DNA of 64,000 nt from a virus (lineage: Duplodnaviria > Caudoviricetes). Within the stretch, counting starts at the first letter, position 1. Each line of letters begins with the position of its first letter. Location: the IMG/VR virus record IMGVR_UViG_2595698649_000001, positions 1 to 64,000 of that record. One strand, 5' to 3'. Shown piece after piece: positions 17,279 through 27,034 of this stretch. The position numbers and the translations under genes were made by a program. A model generated the notes under the pieces. It saw only the letters and a program-made list of their open reading frames with translations, was not told the DNA's origin and searched no databases.

Positions 17279-18220
17279 TTAAAAAGTAAGTGGCGGGAAT
17301 ATTTTACCACCAAATACTTTACCAATTGGGATAGAACGTTTTAATCCGTTGATAACGTCTCTACCTGTTCGTCTTAATTCAGGTGGAAGTCCTTGTAAGA
17401 ACCCACCTTGACCAGGTTTCACCTCACCAGATGATAGACCACCAACTTTACCAGTTGAGTCCACATCTAAATCAAAGTTTAACCAATCTCTATATGCAAA
17501 TGTAACATTAACTTTAACATATTGGTTCATTGCACCACTATCATATTGTATCTCACCAATCTGAGCAGGGAATGCTTCTCTTAATCTTACACCGTATGTT
17601 GCCATGTCTCTATCATTTGCTTCATCAAAAGAACCTAGTTGGAATATGTCAACATTACCTGTGTACTCTTTATAAAAATTAAACATTCCTGTTTGATTAT
17701 CATACACTTGTTTTTGCCACATTTCAAAGAAGTTTCTTAATCTTAAAAATTTGTCACCTATAAATGTCATTTGTATATCACCATATAACACTTGCACAGG
17801 ATACTTATAAGGTGCTCCTGCAATACGATATGGGTTAGTAGTAAATGTTCTAGCAGGCATAGTAACAGTTTCACACATTAACGCAACTTCTTTTGCCATG
17901 TCAACATTAGTACCGTGTCTACCTGCAGGACCTATTGCTGTTTCTGAAATAACATTTTCTTTTTCTTGGTTACTTGCCTCATTAATGAGACCTTGTATAA
18001 TATCTCCAGACGGTAATGTAACGTTGATTAAAAATCTAGTATTACGAGCAACACCTTCACCTTTAGATAAGGCACCTCTGAAACGATTGATTGTAGTTTC
18101 AGGATTTGCTCTACTCTTTAATCTAGGATCACCTGGTATATTATCGTATTCTCTACCACGTGGCAGACCTAATCTTATATCAAAAGGTCCTACTCTTTTA
18201 CCTTGTCTGAAAATTGCCAT
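17279..18220 (-). CDS. gp54: baseplate tail-tube initiator gp54-like
   Basis: Tail-tube-fold motifs CETVTMP, FFEMWQ, LREAFP..I..I.Y, VNVTFAYR; synteny between gp2 and gp26. Confidence 0.65.
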   Translation of the reverse strand: MAIFRQGKRVGPFDIRLGLPRGREYDNIPGDPRLKSRANPETTINRFRGALSKGEGVARNTRFLINVTLPSGDIIQGLINEASNQEKENVISETAIGPAGRHGTNVDMAKEVALMCETVTMPARTFTTNPYRIAGAPYKYPVQVLYGDIQMTFIGDKFLRLRNFFEMWQKQVYDNQTGMFNFYKEYTGNVDIFQLGSFDEANDRDMATYGVRLREAFPAQIGEIQYDSGAMNQYVKVNVTFAYRDWLNFDLDVDSTGKVGGLSSGEVKPGQGGFLQGLPPELRRTGRDVINGLKRSIPIGKVFGGKIFPPLTF

Positions 18221-18392
18221 TATTTTCCTATTACTTTCCCTTTATTGGAACCTTCTTTAATAATATATTTTTGTGTACCATTGGCGCCAATCTCTACTTC
18301 TTGTCGTAGATTTCTTGTTAAATTTAATTCTTGTTTTTTCTGTTCACTTGTTTTGCGTGAGCAGTTAATTGTCTTGTTCTATCTCTATCCAT
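18220..18392 (-). CDS. small hypothetical protein, frame broken in an A-run near 18334-18339
   Basis: MDRDRTRQLTAHAKQVNRK joins QELNLTRNLRQEVEIGANGTQKYIIKEGSNKGKVIGK if one A is added; both ends overlap neighbours as TAATG. Confidence 0.5.
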
Positions 18393-18916
18393 TATATCAT
18401 TCTCCTTGAGGCGCTGTGTACCGTACTTACGCCTGCTTTTCTAAAGTCTTGTACAGGTAAAAATATAGATGGTGCGTATTCATCTTCATCTAGTCTTAAA
18501 AATTTTGATGCCATTTGACCTCTTAAATAATGTTTGATTGTAGGTTTAATCTCTCTTACATTTTTAAGTGCTCTATAATCACCTTTAAAGTCTTTCTTTT
18601 CTAATGTTTCAAATAATTTCATTCTCAACGGTATTGGCAAGTAGTGAAAATTGATACCTAGAAATCCACCTGGTGCTGGTTGTATAGGTAACACAAGAGG
18701 AAACATATCATAGTATGGTAATATTTCTTTGTACTTTGGATTGTAACGAAAGAAATTTAAACCTCTGAATTGTGGACTTGCATATAACTTGCCTCTCATC
18801 AGTTTATTCTTTGTTATTGTATCCATAAGTGACTTAACTTTACCACGATACCATTGTAGCGATTTATCTCTATCGCCTGCCAGGTTTCTTATAGGTTCAA
18901 ATACTTTTGTAGCCAT
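18392..18916 (-). CDS. gp2: DNA end protector gp2
   Basis: YNPKYKEILPYYDMFPLV..GFLGINFHYLP..IKHYL. Confidence 0.88.
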   Translation of the reverse strand: MATKVFEPIRNLAGDRDKSLQWYRGKVKSLMDTITKNKLMRGKLYASPQFRGLNFFRYNPKYKEILPYYDMFPLVLPIQPAPGGFLGINFHYLPIPLRMKLFETLEKKDFKGDYRALKNVREIKPTIKHYLRGQMASKFLRLDEDEYAPSIFLPVQDFRKAGVSTVHSASRRMI

Positions 18917-18921
18917 GTTAC

Positions 18922-18937
18922 TATTTATATCTAAATA
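18922..18937. promoter_or_regulatory. divergent late promoters for gp2 (minus) and gp4 (plus)
   Basis: TATAAATA on minus at 18922-18929; variant TCTAAATA on plus at 18930-18937. Confidence 0.65.
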
Positions 18938-18942
18938 AGGAT

Positions 18943-19440
18943 ATGATTAAGCGAAAGAAGAAGATAGGTAAATATGTCCATAAGATGGCAGTAAAGAACA
19001 AGTATAGACCATATAATCCAGAGAAATATAAAGGTGACCCTACAAATATTATTTTTAGAAGTAGTTGGGAAAAGACAGTATTTAAGTATTGTGACTTAAA
19101 TCCAGCAATAATTAAATGGTCAAGTGAGGAGTTTTTCATACCTTATCGTAGTCCTTTTGATAGAAAGATACACAGATACTTTCCTGATGTTTATATCAAA
19201 TATAAGAACAAGGAAGGTATTATATCAGAATCCGTGCTAGAAATCAAGCCTAAAAAGTACACACAAGCACCTAAAAAACCTAAACGAGTAACAAAAGACT
19301 GGAAATATACTACAGAGCAGTACATACTCAACAAAGCAAAGTGGGATAGTGCTGAGATATACTGTAAAAAGAAAGGTTATAAGTTTGTGATTATTACGGA
19401 AGATGTTTTAAAACATTGGTCAACAGTTTCGCCATTATAA
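18943..19440 (+). CDS. gp4: head completion nuclease gp4
   Basis: PYNPEKYKGDPTNIIFRSSWE, WSSEE..IPY, HRYFPD, EIKP, NKAKW. Confidence 0.92.
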   Translation: MIKRKKKIGKYVHKMAVKNKYRPYNPEKYKGDPTNIIFRSSWEKTVFKYCDLNPAIIKWSSEEFFIPYRSPFDRKIHRYFPDVYIKYKNKEGIISESVLEIKPKKYTQAPKKPKRVTKDWKYTTEQYILNKAKWDSAEIYCKKKGYKFVIITEDVLKHWSTVSPL

Positions 19441-19455
19441 CAGATAAATAGTATT

Positions 19456-20607
19456 ATGTCAAGCTTTGCACAACAATTAAGAAGTAGGTTATTTGGCGGC
19501 GTATTAGGTGGTTCATCTAAAGCGACAGCAGCTGCAGGTGTAGACCTGTCCAGAAAAACAAAACCAAATAGTTCTACGGCACACTTAGATACAGAAAAGA
19601 ATCCATACTCATTTGGTACAGTACAATATCCAGATGATTTAGGTACAGCAGAATTTGGTCACTATATTATGTTTTACATTTACGAAGTTGCAAAGAGTAA
19701 ATATGCAGGACCACAAACAGAAACAAGCGAAATCACAAGAGAAAATGTACATGGTGTTCAACAGAAACATCAAATTACAAAGAAACATAAAAAGAAAGAT
19801 GGTATTACATCATCTGGTAAAACAAGTCAACCTTTAAAAGGTGCTGAACTTGCACAAAGAGATAAATCTATCTCTATGTCTGGCGCATTAAGAAGAAGTG
19901 GTAGATTAAAACGAACAAGTGATGTTATATCATTGTACATGCCACCTAACTTTAAAACAGATTACAAAGCAAATTATAAAAATTCAGAAACAGGTCTTGC
20001 AGGTGTACTTGGTCAACAACTTGCAGAAGCAACGAGTGTTGATGGTATGTTAAAACAACTTGGTAACACAGGTACATTTAATACAATTATGAGTGCATTG
20101 ACAGACACACTAACAATGAAGTTAGCTGCAGGCGCAACTGATTTAGTATCAGGTGGTGATTTAGAAGGCGTGTTAAGAAAGGGTAAACAAAAAGCATTGA
20201 ACCCGGCAGTAGAAGCAATATTCCAATCAGTTGATTTACGAACATTTAACTATTCGTTTAGATTTACACCACGAAGCGAAGCAGAGGTGCGTACAGTAGA
20301 TAACATCATCAAGTTATTCAAGTTTCATATGTTACCTGAAAGAGTACAAAACGAAGCAGTTGGTAGACACTTAATATTCCCTAGTGAGTTTGAAATCTAT
20401 TACATGTTCCAAGGTGTAGAAAATCAATGGTACCCATTTACAGGTCAATGTGTGCTTACAGACATGAATGTAACATACGGTCCTGGTGGTGAAAGTCAAC
20501 ACTTTAGACCAGTTGACGGAAGTCCACCACCTACAGAAATTAATATGTCATTAACATTTACTGAGACTGAGATAATGACAAAAGAAAAAATAGTAGAAGG
20601 ATATTAA
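19456..20607 (+). CDS. gp48: baseplate tail-tube cap gp48
   Basis: YP.DL, ISLYMP, NP..E.IF....RTFNYSFRFTPRS..E, CVLTDMNVTY, LTFTETEI. Confidence 0.85.
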   Translation: MSSFAQQLRSRLFGGVLGGSSKATAAAGVDLSRKTKPNSSTAHLDTEKNPYSFGTVQYPDDLGTAEFGHYIMFYIYEVAKSKYAGPQTETSEITRENVHGVQQKHQITKKHKKKDGITSSGKTSQPLKGAELAQRDKSISMSGALRRSGRLKRTSDVISLYMPPNFKTDYKANYKNSETGLAGVLGQQLAEATSVDGMLKQLGNTGTFNTIMSALTDTLTMKLAAGATDLVSGGDLEGVLRKGKQKALNPAVEAIFQSVDLRTFNYSFRFTPRSEAEVRTVDNIIKLFKFHMLPERVQNEAVGRHLIFPSEFEIYYMFQGVENQWYPFTGQCVLTDMNVTYGPGGESQHFRPVDGSPPPTEINMSLTFTETEIMTKEKIVEGY

Positions 20608-20608
20608 G

Positions 20609-21115
20609 ATGTACTTTGAAAAGTTTCCTACATACGAATACGACCTAAAGAACACAGATAAGCGTACACTTATAACAGATTTATTACGCCGTGTCAACCT
20701 GAGAAGTAATGTCGCAGCTAACACACTTGTTTTTGACGAGTATAATGTTGCTGATGGCGAAAGTCCAGACATTGTGGCGTCAAAGTATTATGGTAACAGC
20801 ATGTATCATTGGGTTGTGGTCACAGTAAACAATGTGAAGTCGCATTATGACTGGCCGCTAGACCAGGTTGCATTGTCTCAATATGTCGCTGACAAGTACG
20901 ATAATCCAGACGGTACGCACCACCATGAGGTAAGTGCGTCTTCAGGTGATACAACAAAGAAATTAATTGTGTCAAGTGATACAACAGGCGCCGTGGCGGT
21001 GACAAACTATGAATATGAACAAACCTTAAATGATGAAAAGAGAAAGATACGACTTTTAGATAGAGGATATGTCTTACAATTTAAGGAAGAGTTTGAGAAA
21101 CTAATACAAAGGTAA
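20609..21115 (+). CDS. gp53: baseplate wedge protein gp53
   Basis: YFEKFP..Y, GESPDIVASKYYG..YHWVV..N, DWP, NYEYE..LNDEKRKIRLL. Confidence 0.9.
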   Translation: MYFEKFPTYEYDLKNTDKRTLITDLLRRVNLRSNVAANTLVFDEYNVADGESPDIVASKYYGNSMYHWVVVTVNNVKSHYDWPLDQVALSQYVADKYDNPDGTHHHEVSASSGDTTKKLIVSSDTTGAVAVTNYEYEQTLNDEKRKIRLLDRGYVLQFKEEFEKLIQR

Positions 21116-21120
21116 CCTGA

Positions 21121-22458
21121 ATGAACCAAGCAGGTGATTATAAACTAGATAGCATACTATTACATGCGCCAACAGGCACAATTGACATCAAAGACTTGAT
21201 GATAGAATTGAATGTGTACGAAAGTATCCACACTAACGCCATGTATGGTAACATAGTCATTGCTGATACAAACAATCATATACAGAATATGCCTATTATA
21301 GGGCAAGAGTTATTAGAGTTTAAGTTTGGTACAGACGATAATCCAGACAACGAAGTGATAGATTTTACAAGACATCATGCTCGTATATACAAGGTATCAG
21401 ACCAAGTGCGTACCGCCGAAAGACAACAAGTCTATACTTTACATTTCACTACGCAAGAAGCAATATCAAATCAACAGACAGCATGTAAACAAGCATACGA
21501 AGGTACAACAGACCAAATTGTTGCAGAATTATTACTCAATGTACTCAAAACAAAGAAGTCAATTGTTACAGAAAATTCATCACAAGGTGGTAAGTTATTA
21601 GGTAATCATGCAACACCATTTGATTTCATTACCAAGATGTTAACAAAACGTTCTTGTAGCGCAATGTTTGACGCACAAGGTTACCTATTCTATGAAAACC
21701 ATCGTGGATATAACTTCCGTTCTTACAAAAATCATACACACAGAACACCAGGTAATGAAAGAACAGTACAAGAGAGTTACATAGTACAACCTAGTAAACG
21801 AAATAGCACTATCGCCGAAGACATGAAGTCCGTATTAGAATATCGTATAATGAAAAACCAAGATGTCATGGCAGCAATCAATACAGGTCTCACAGCGAGT
21901 ACGAATTACAATTATGATTTTACCACTAAATCTTTTTCTGTACTATTCAATAACTACATGGAAAACTTTACAAAAGAATTACATACCACGATAGGTAAGA
22001 ATATAGGGTCATTGTTTACAACAACACCAGAAACAAATAATGGCGACACATTGTTTGATAAAAATGACAGTAAGATAATGATTACAACAAAAGACGTTGC
22101 GTTACATAGTCAAAAGAAAGGTGATGGTAAATACGATAATCACACAGGTAAAACACAACAACGTAACCACGATAGATTACAACATGACCAGATAGCCGCA
22201 AAATGCACAGTCTTTGGAAATTCTAATCTAGCCGCAGGTGACCTCATACACCTACGAGTTCCTTCCTACGAACCACTAGATAAGACATCTACAAGAATAC
22301 ACGACGCTTTCCTCTCAGGTCGTTGGCTACTGACCAACGTAGTACATACGCTAAACAGTACCAGATATACAACGACATTTGATTGTGTAAGAGATTCCGT
22401 AGAACAACCTTATACAAGTACAGACCAAACAATATTATCACATGTGGAAAACAACTAA
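21121..22458 (+). CDS. putative baseplate hub protein (gp27-like)
   Basis: Position between gp53 and gp5; YESI..MYG.I.I.D, PIIGQE, YLFYEN..GYNF, SGRWL.T.V.H. Confidence 0.6.
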   Translation: MNQAGDYKLDSILLHAPTGTIDIKDLMIELNVYESIHTNAMYGNIVIADTNNHIQNMPIIGQELLEFKFGTDDNPDNEVIDFTRHHARIYKVSDQVRTAERQQVYTLHFTTQEAISNQQTACKQAYEGTTDQIVAELLLNVLKTKKSIVTENSSQGGKLLGNHATPFDFITKMLTKRSCSAMFDAQGYLFYENHRGYNFRSYKNHTHRTPGNERTVQESYIVQPSKRNSTIAEDMKSVLEYRIMKNQDVMAAINTGLTASTNYNYDFTTKSFSVLFNNYMENFTKELHTTIGKNIGSLFTTTPETNNGDTLFDKNDSKIMITTKDVALHSQKKGDGKYDNHTGKTQQRNHDRLQHDQIAAKCTVFGNSNLAAGDLIHLRVPSYEPLDKTSTRIHDAFLSGRWLLTNVVHTLNSTRYTTTFDCVRDSVEQPYTSTDQTILSHVENN

Positions 22459-22738
22459 TATAGAAGGTGTATATATGAACGCTAATCAATATCGCCTAGA
22501 CCCTCATGTAGAAATAGAATGCTCAGAGGGAGACATAGAGGTTACAACATATGAACCTCAACCAATCTATCATAAGTATAACATACAGGAAGATGTGATA
22601 GTACGAAATGATACAAATTTTAGACAGTATGTAAAGTCTTCCGGAATGATAGGTCCTAGGTCCAAAATCAATATACCAATCATGTCTATACGACAAGGAA
22701 AAGCGAATAAGGAAAGGTACTATGCAGACAAAACATGA
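22442..22738 (+). CDS. hypothetical protein (start uncertain)
   Basis: ORF between the hub gene and gp5; no motif recognised. Confidence 0.4.
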   Translation: MWKTTNIEGVYMNANQYRLDPHVEIECSEGDIEVTTYEPQPIYHKYNIQEDVIVRNDTNFRQYVKSSGMIGPRSKINIPIMSIRQGKANKERYYADKT

Positions 22739-22850
22739 GCAAAATACACATAAGAGACAAGAGTGTGATTTATACGCAAAAGGTGTAAAGAATATGGATG
22801 CTAGTCCTTTAAAACAAACAACTTACGAGCCGCGGAGCAAAACGAAATGA
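22722..22850 (+). CDS. 42-aa hypothetical peptide
   Basis: RBS-like GGAAAGG; MQTKHEQ..RSKTK; stop overlaps the gp5 ATG (ATGA). Confidence 0.35.
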   Translation: MQTKHEQNTHKRQECDLYAKGVKNMDASPLKQTTYEPRSKTK

Positions 22851-23899
22851 AAAATTATTACATAGGTGTCATAGAAGACCGTATAGATCCTGACCTACTT
22901 GGTAGGTTTCGTGTTCGTGTATTAGGTCTACACCCTATAGAACAAAACATCTTACCAACGAGTGACTTGCCATGGGCAACTGTAGTAGTACCCTCTGGTG
23001 GTAACTCTGGTCTAGGCATGACGCCTCCTTTCTTTGTAGAAGGCACGTGGGTCTATGTAACGTATAGAGACGAAGATAAACAAGAACCTTTGATCCACGG
23101 TGCATTGCCAGGTCAACCCTCTAATGCCGGGTCTGATTATGAGAATGCCAATGAAGGTATGCGTGACCCTAATGGTACGTATCCTGTCAAGGCAGGTGAG
23201 AGTGATGTAAACGAATTAGCAAGAGGAGTTGTGGATGCTGCCAACCCTACGGCGAGAGAGAACAAAAGGCGAACATCGCTGGCGACAGCGGACTTTGATG
23301 GATTTGAGATACCTACAGTAGGCGATAACCTAAGTGTAGTGCAGTCAGCAGGTGGGTCATTTGACATGCCGGCAATACTAGATGGCACATACTCTCCTCT
23401 GTATCCCTTTAACCATGTCTTTGCAACAGAAACAGGTCACGTCCTAGAGTTTGACGACACACCTACCCATAGGCGTATCCACCTATCCCATGCTTCAGGG
23501 TCCTACATGGAGTATAGTAATGACGGTACCCTTGTCAATTCTATTATATCAGATAAATACGATATTGTCAACAGCAATCTTTTTGCCTTTACAGGTGGTA
23601 ACGAAGTACAGACCATAGACGGTAGTTTAAAGGTCAAGGTCAATAAGAGTGACACAACAGGCAATCACTATGACATAGAAGTAGGTCAAGGTGCCAATCT
23701 GAATATCATGGTACGACAAGGCGACCTGAACATGAACATCAAAGGCAATGTCAATCAATTCATAGATGGTGACATGAACGCCTCTATGGACAATCTACGA
23801 CTAGACGCTTCAAACAAAATTACAATGAGTGCAGGTGGTCAGATACATATAGACGGTGGTTCTGTAAACATAGATGGTAACCCTATAGACTTGAACTAA
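22847..23899 (+). CDS. gp5: baseplate hub/spike gp5 (OB fold plus beta-helix, no lysozyme domain)
   Basis: GVIEDRIDP..LGRFRVRVLGLH..LPWA; YPFNHV..TETGHVLEFDDTP..RI...HASGSY. Confidence 0.9.
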   Translation: MKNYYIGVIEDRIDPDLLGRFRVRVLGLHPIEQNILPTSDLPWATVVVPSGGNSGLGMTPPFFVEGTWVYVTYRDEDKQEPLIHGALPGQPSNAGSDYENANEGMRDPNGTYPVKAGESDVNELARGVVDAANPTARENKRRTSLATADFDGFEIPTVGDNLSVVQSAGGSFDMPAILDGTYSPLYPFNHVFATETGHVLEFDDTPTHRRIHLSHASGSYMEYSNDGTLVNSIISDKYDIVNSNLFAFTGGNEVQTIDGSLKVKVNKSDTTGNHYDIEVGQGANLNIMVRQGDLNMNIKGNVNQFIDGDMNASMDNLRLDASNKITMSAGGQIHIDGGSVNIDGNPIDLN

Positions 23900-23977
23900 G
23901 GCATAGGGTATGTTATACTGAGCTACGGCTGGTAATCTATAAATGTAATAAAGATACTAAGACATACAGGAGACACA

Positions 23978-24097
23978 ATGAAACGATACATCAAAGAATG
24001 GGGTTGGACAAACATCATACTTGCAGGTACATTAGGCGGATATCTAGGTTATGTTTTTCTATTGGCGGCAATCAATACATTTTGTGATTGTATCTAA
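23978..24097 (+). CDS. 39-aa single-TM peptide
   Basis: RBS AGGAG; MKRYIKEWGWTNIILAGTLGGYLGYVFLLAAINTFCDCI. Confidence 0.55.
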   Translation: MKRYIKEWGWTNIILAGTLGGYLGYVFLLAAINTFCDCI

Positions 24098-24213
24098 CAG
24101 CCCACTACGTCAATACTGGAGCGACTTGTATTCAGTTACATAAGTAATACTGTATATACGGTGTGGGTGGCGAAGGGAGACTGGATCCACGCCACACATA
24201 ATAGGTACGAAAT

Positions 24214-24702
24214 ATGATAATACAAGATGATGACTTTCTCTCAGAGGAACATAAACAGTTTATAAACAATACTCTACTCTCAGATAACTTCCCTTTCTTT
24301 TACAATGAATGGAAGAACTTATCTTACATGGGACATAATGTGGTACTACGGAATGGACTTCGTAATAGTGATTACTATGAGGAGTTTATGTCTATGTTAT
24401 ATGCATTTACTACGAAGCATGATATACAGGTCAACAATATACTTCGTTGTAGTTTGAACATGACCTTTCCTTTGTTTGAAGGTACAAGTCCTATACACAA
24501 GGACCACGAAGAAGAACATAAACAGTTAATACTCTATCTTAATGATGTTGACGGTAATACTGTACTATGTGACGAGGACAGGATGCCTATACAGCATATT
24601 ACTCCTGTACAGTATCGTGGTGTTTGTTTTGACAATGTTTATCACTATGCACAGTTACCTAGAAATGGGCGAAGACTAATCGTGGTCTATACATTCAACT
24701 AA
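24214..24702 (+). CDS. 2OG-Fe(II) oxygenase-like protein
   Basis: DDFL, HKD, ILYLNDVDGNT, FD..YH, R.IVV. Confidence 0.7.
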   Translation: MIIQDDDFLSEEHKQFINNTLLSDNFPFFYNEWKNLSYMGHNVVLRNGLRNSDYYEEFMSMLYAFTTKHDIQVNNILRCSLNMTFPLFEGTSPIHKDHEEEHKQLILYLNDVDGNTVLCDEDRMPIQHITPVQYRGVCFDNVYHYAQLPRNGRRLIVVYTFN

Positions 24703-24711
24703 ATAGTAGGT

Positions 24712-24873
24712 ATGAGTGAACACGAATACTGTGGCACACCAGATTGTTGTGGTGAGTGTGAAACAGAGAATAATAACACAACAATGGAGAATACAATGAG
24801 CATTAAAGAAATTATGGAAGAAATAGAAAAGTTAAAAGCAAGAGTAAAAGAATTAGAAGATAAATCAAACTAG
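24712..24873 (+). CDS. 53-aa Cys-cluster plus coiled-coil microprotein
   Basis: MSEHEYCGTPDCCGEC...IEKLKARVKELE; preceded by ACTAAATA at 24698. Confidence 0.55.
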   Translation: MSEHEYCGTPDCCGECETENNNTTMENTMSIKEIMEEIEKLKARVKELEDKSN

Positions 24874-24887
24874 AAAATTTTTAGATT

Positions 24888-25436
24888 ATGATAGAAGCGT
24901 TTAGTCCATACTTTGGACCTTTGATATTGAAATTTAAGTGTCCAGAAAATATCGTCCAATCTATCCAAGATATTTCGGAGATTGAACGGAAACGGAATCC
25001 AAAAAATCGTAGAGTTCTCGGTGAATTTGATGACGAGAGACCTGAAGACTTTGTCGCTCTTCGTTGGCGTTTACCTATAGAGACGAGACTGAAAGAATTT
25101 ATTGATGTCTATTTGAAAGAGGCAAATGTGGATCGCTCTTATGAGATTGAAAGTTTATGGGTCAATGTTCAAAAGCGTGGCGAGTATCAACCTCATCACA
25201 AACATAGTGGCGATATCTCTTATAATTTAATACTTGACCAACCAAAAGGTTTAGGTGAGAGTGGTGTGTTATACTTCTCTTACGGAGAAAAACAAGCATT
25301 TAATAAAACACTATATAGAGTTGAACCAGAGAGAGGTGACTTAATACTCTTCCCTAGTTGGGTAACGCATTATGTTTATCCAACAACAAGTACACAAGAA
25401 AGGATTACCGCAGCCGGTAATATAAATTTAACATGA
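24888..25436 (+). CDS. 2OG-Fe(II) oxygenase-like protein
   Basis: WVNVQ..EYQPHHKH..GDLILFPSWVTHYVYP..RIT. Confidence 0.8.
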   Translation: MIEAFSPYFGPLILKFKCPENIVQSIQDISEIERKRNPKNRRVLGEFDDERPEDFVALRWRLPIETRLKEFIDVYLKEANVDRSYEIESLWVNVQKRGEYQPHHKHSGDISYNLILDQPKGLGESGVLYFSYGEKQAFNKTLYRVEPERGDLILFPSWVTHYVYPTTSTQERITAAGNINLT

Positions 25437-26137
25437 TACATTTTCCAACAAACGTAATAGATAATTTTTGTGACAACCCAGACGAAGTGGTCAAAATGGC
25501 AAAGTCTGATAAAATAGAATGGCACAAACATGAGAGTGGTAACTGGCCGGGTATGAGGTCACAAGCGTTACATGTATTAGACAAAGAGTTTTGGGCAAAC
25601 ATGATTAAGAAATATTTAAATGTCTTTTGGACAAATGATGAAATGAACTCACAAGATATTCGTTTTGAAGCAAGTAGTTTCTTTCAGCGTATTTCAAGTG
25701 AATACACAAATGGTTGGATACATTCTGACTTTCCAGATGTTCACACAACGATACTCTATCTGACACCAAACGCAGACCCTAAATCAGGTACGGCAATCTA
25801 CATGCCAAAAAATATTAACACACAAGTAAAACATACAGATATAAAACAAAGTTATTATCGTGGAGAAATCAGTAAAGAGGAACAACAACCTTACCTTGAA
25901 GAACACAATAAAGGTTTCATTGAAGATTGTTTCTTTGCCAATAAGTATAATCGTCAGATAGGTTTTGATAGTCGTTTATGGCATGGCGTTAAAGAGTTTG
26001 ATACAAACACAAAAGAAGAACGATTAACAATTGTTACATTCATTCACAAAGTTATTGCACACGGACTACCAATGAACAGAATGAGAAATGTGCCGTTGAC
26101 AAGAGATTTAAATTTACCACAACTAGATATAGTATAG
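25433..26137 (+). CDS. 2OG-Fe(II) oxygenase-like protein (DUF6445-like)
   Basis: VIDNF..PD, WPGMRS, GWIHSD, ILYLTP..SGT, NR...FDS..WH, RLT. Confidence 0.7.
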   Translation: MIHFPTNVIDNFCDNPDEVVKMAKSDKIEWHKHESGNWPGMRSQALHVLDKEFWANMIKKYLNVFWTNDEMNSQDIRFEASSFFQRISSEYTNGWIHSDFPDVHTTILYLTPNADPKSGTAIYMPKNINTQVKHTDIKQSYYRGEISKEEQQPYLEEHNKGFIEDCFFANKYNRQIGFDSRLWHGVKEFDTNTKEERLTIVTFIHKVIAHGLPMNRMRNVPLTRDLNLPQLDIV

Positions 26138-26225
26138 AAAATTTATTTACACATATTGAACAGAATATGGACAAAACTCTTATATATAGCATGCTGCTCT
26201 TTCAGACCCCCAACCTTAACCACCT

Positions 26226-26552
26226 ATGAAACTCCTCTCGGCCAAACATATAGAGTTTCCTGAATACCACAAGGTCTACAATCTGAGTATGCTCGGCAAC
26301 AAAACAGATTATCACAACCCAAACGATAAACAAAAACACAATCTATCAAAGTTATTTGAAAGTTTAGATAAACATGGTATGACACACCCTATCATTATAT
26401 CTTGGAACGCATACTCTGTATCTGTAGGTCATCAACGAGTATGGTATGCTAAATCAAAAGGGTACACACACATAGATTGTTACCATGTAGAAAATCAAAC
26501 ACAATGGGAAAAAGTTTTTAATTATACAGCGAATGAGGAATATTTAAAATGA
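26226..26552 (+). CDS. ParB/sulfiredoxin-like N-terminal domain protein
   Basis: L.ESLDKHGMTHPIII..GHQRVWYAK..GYTHI. Confidence 0.6.
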   Translation: MKLLSAKHIEFPEYHKVYNLSMLGNKTDYHNPNDKQKHNLSKLFESLDKHGMTHPIIISWNAYSVSVGHQRVWYAKSKGYTHIDCYHVENQTQWEKVFNYTANEEYLK

Positions 26553-27034
26553 TTGAAGTCAATAATTTTTTACCACAAGATGAGTTTGATAAATTAAAAA
26601 CATTAATTACAAAGGAAGAATTTCCTTGGTATCATATTCAATCTATGGTAGTAGATAAGAAAGATAACTTAGGTTACTTTACTCATTCTTTCTATAATAA
26701 TAATTCTATTAACAGTAATTATTATTCTGACTACATAGTACCAATACTGAACAAACTTAATGCAAAGGCAGTTGTTGAAGTACGCTCTAATTTATTTCCA
26801 TCTGTGTTCTTTAATAAATCAGAATGGCATGTTGATAAAACTTTTAATTGCAAGACGGCAATATTATATTTAAATACTTGTGATGGTGGTACAGAATTTA
26901 AAATGAACATACATAAATTTATTCAAGCGGAAGAAAACAAAATGGTAATCTTTAATTCTAGTTTAGAACATAGAGCATGTACATCAACGAATACAGATTA
27001 TAGATATATCATTAACTTTAACTATTATGATTGA
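26549..27034 (+). CDS. 2OG-Fe(II) oxygenase-like protein
   Basis: NNFL, FPWY, HVD, AILYLNTCDGGT, N.MVIF...H, RYIINFNY. Confidence 0.75.
   Translation: MIEVNNFLPQDEFDKLKTLITKEEFPWYHIQSMVVDKKDNLGYFTHSFYNNNSINSNYYSDYIVPILNKLNAKAVVEVRSNLFPSVFFNKSEWHVDKTFNCKTAILYLNTCDGGTEFKMNIHKFIQAEENKMVIFNSSLEHRACTSTNTDYRYIINFNYYD

Noticed and set aside
13817-18392. Pseudogene or programmed-frameshift calls for the two small broken ORFs (13817-13947 and 18220-18392)
   Set aside because: Each is repaired by one extra A in a homopolymer, consistent with sequencing error.
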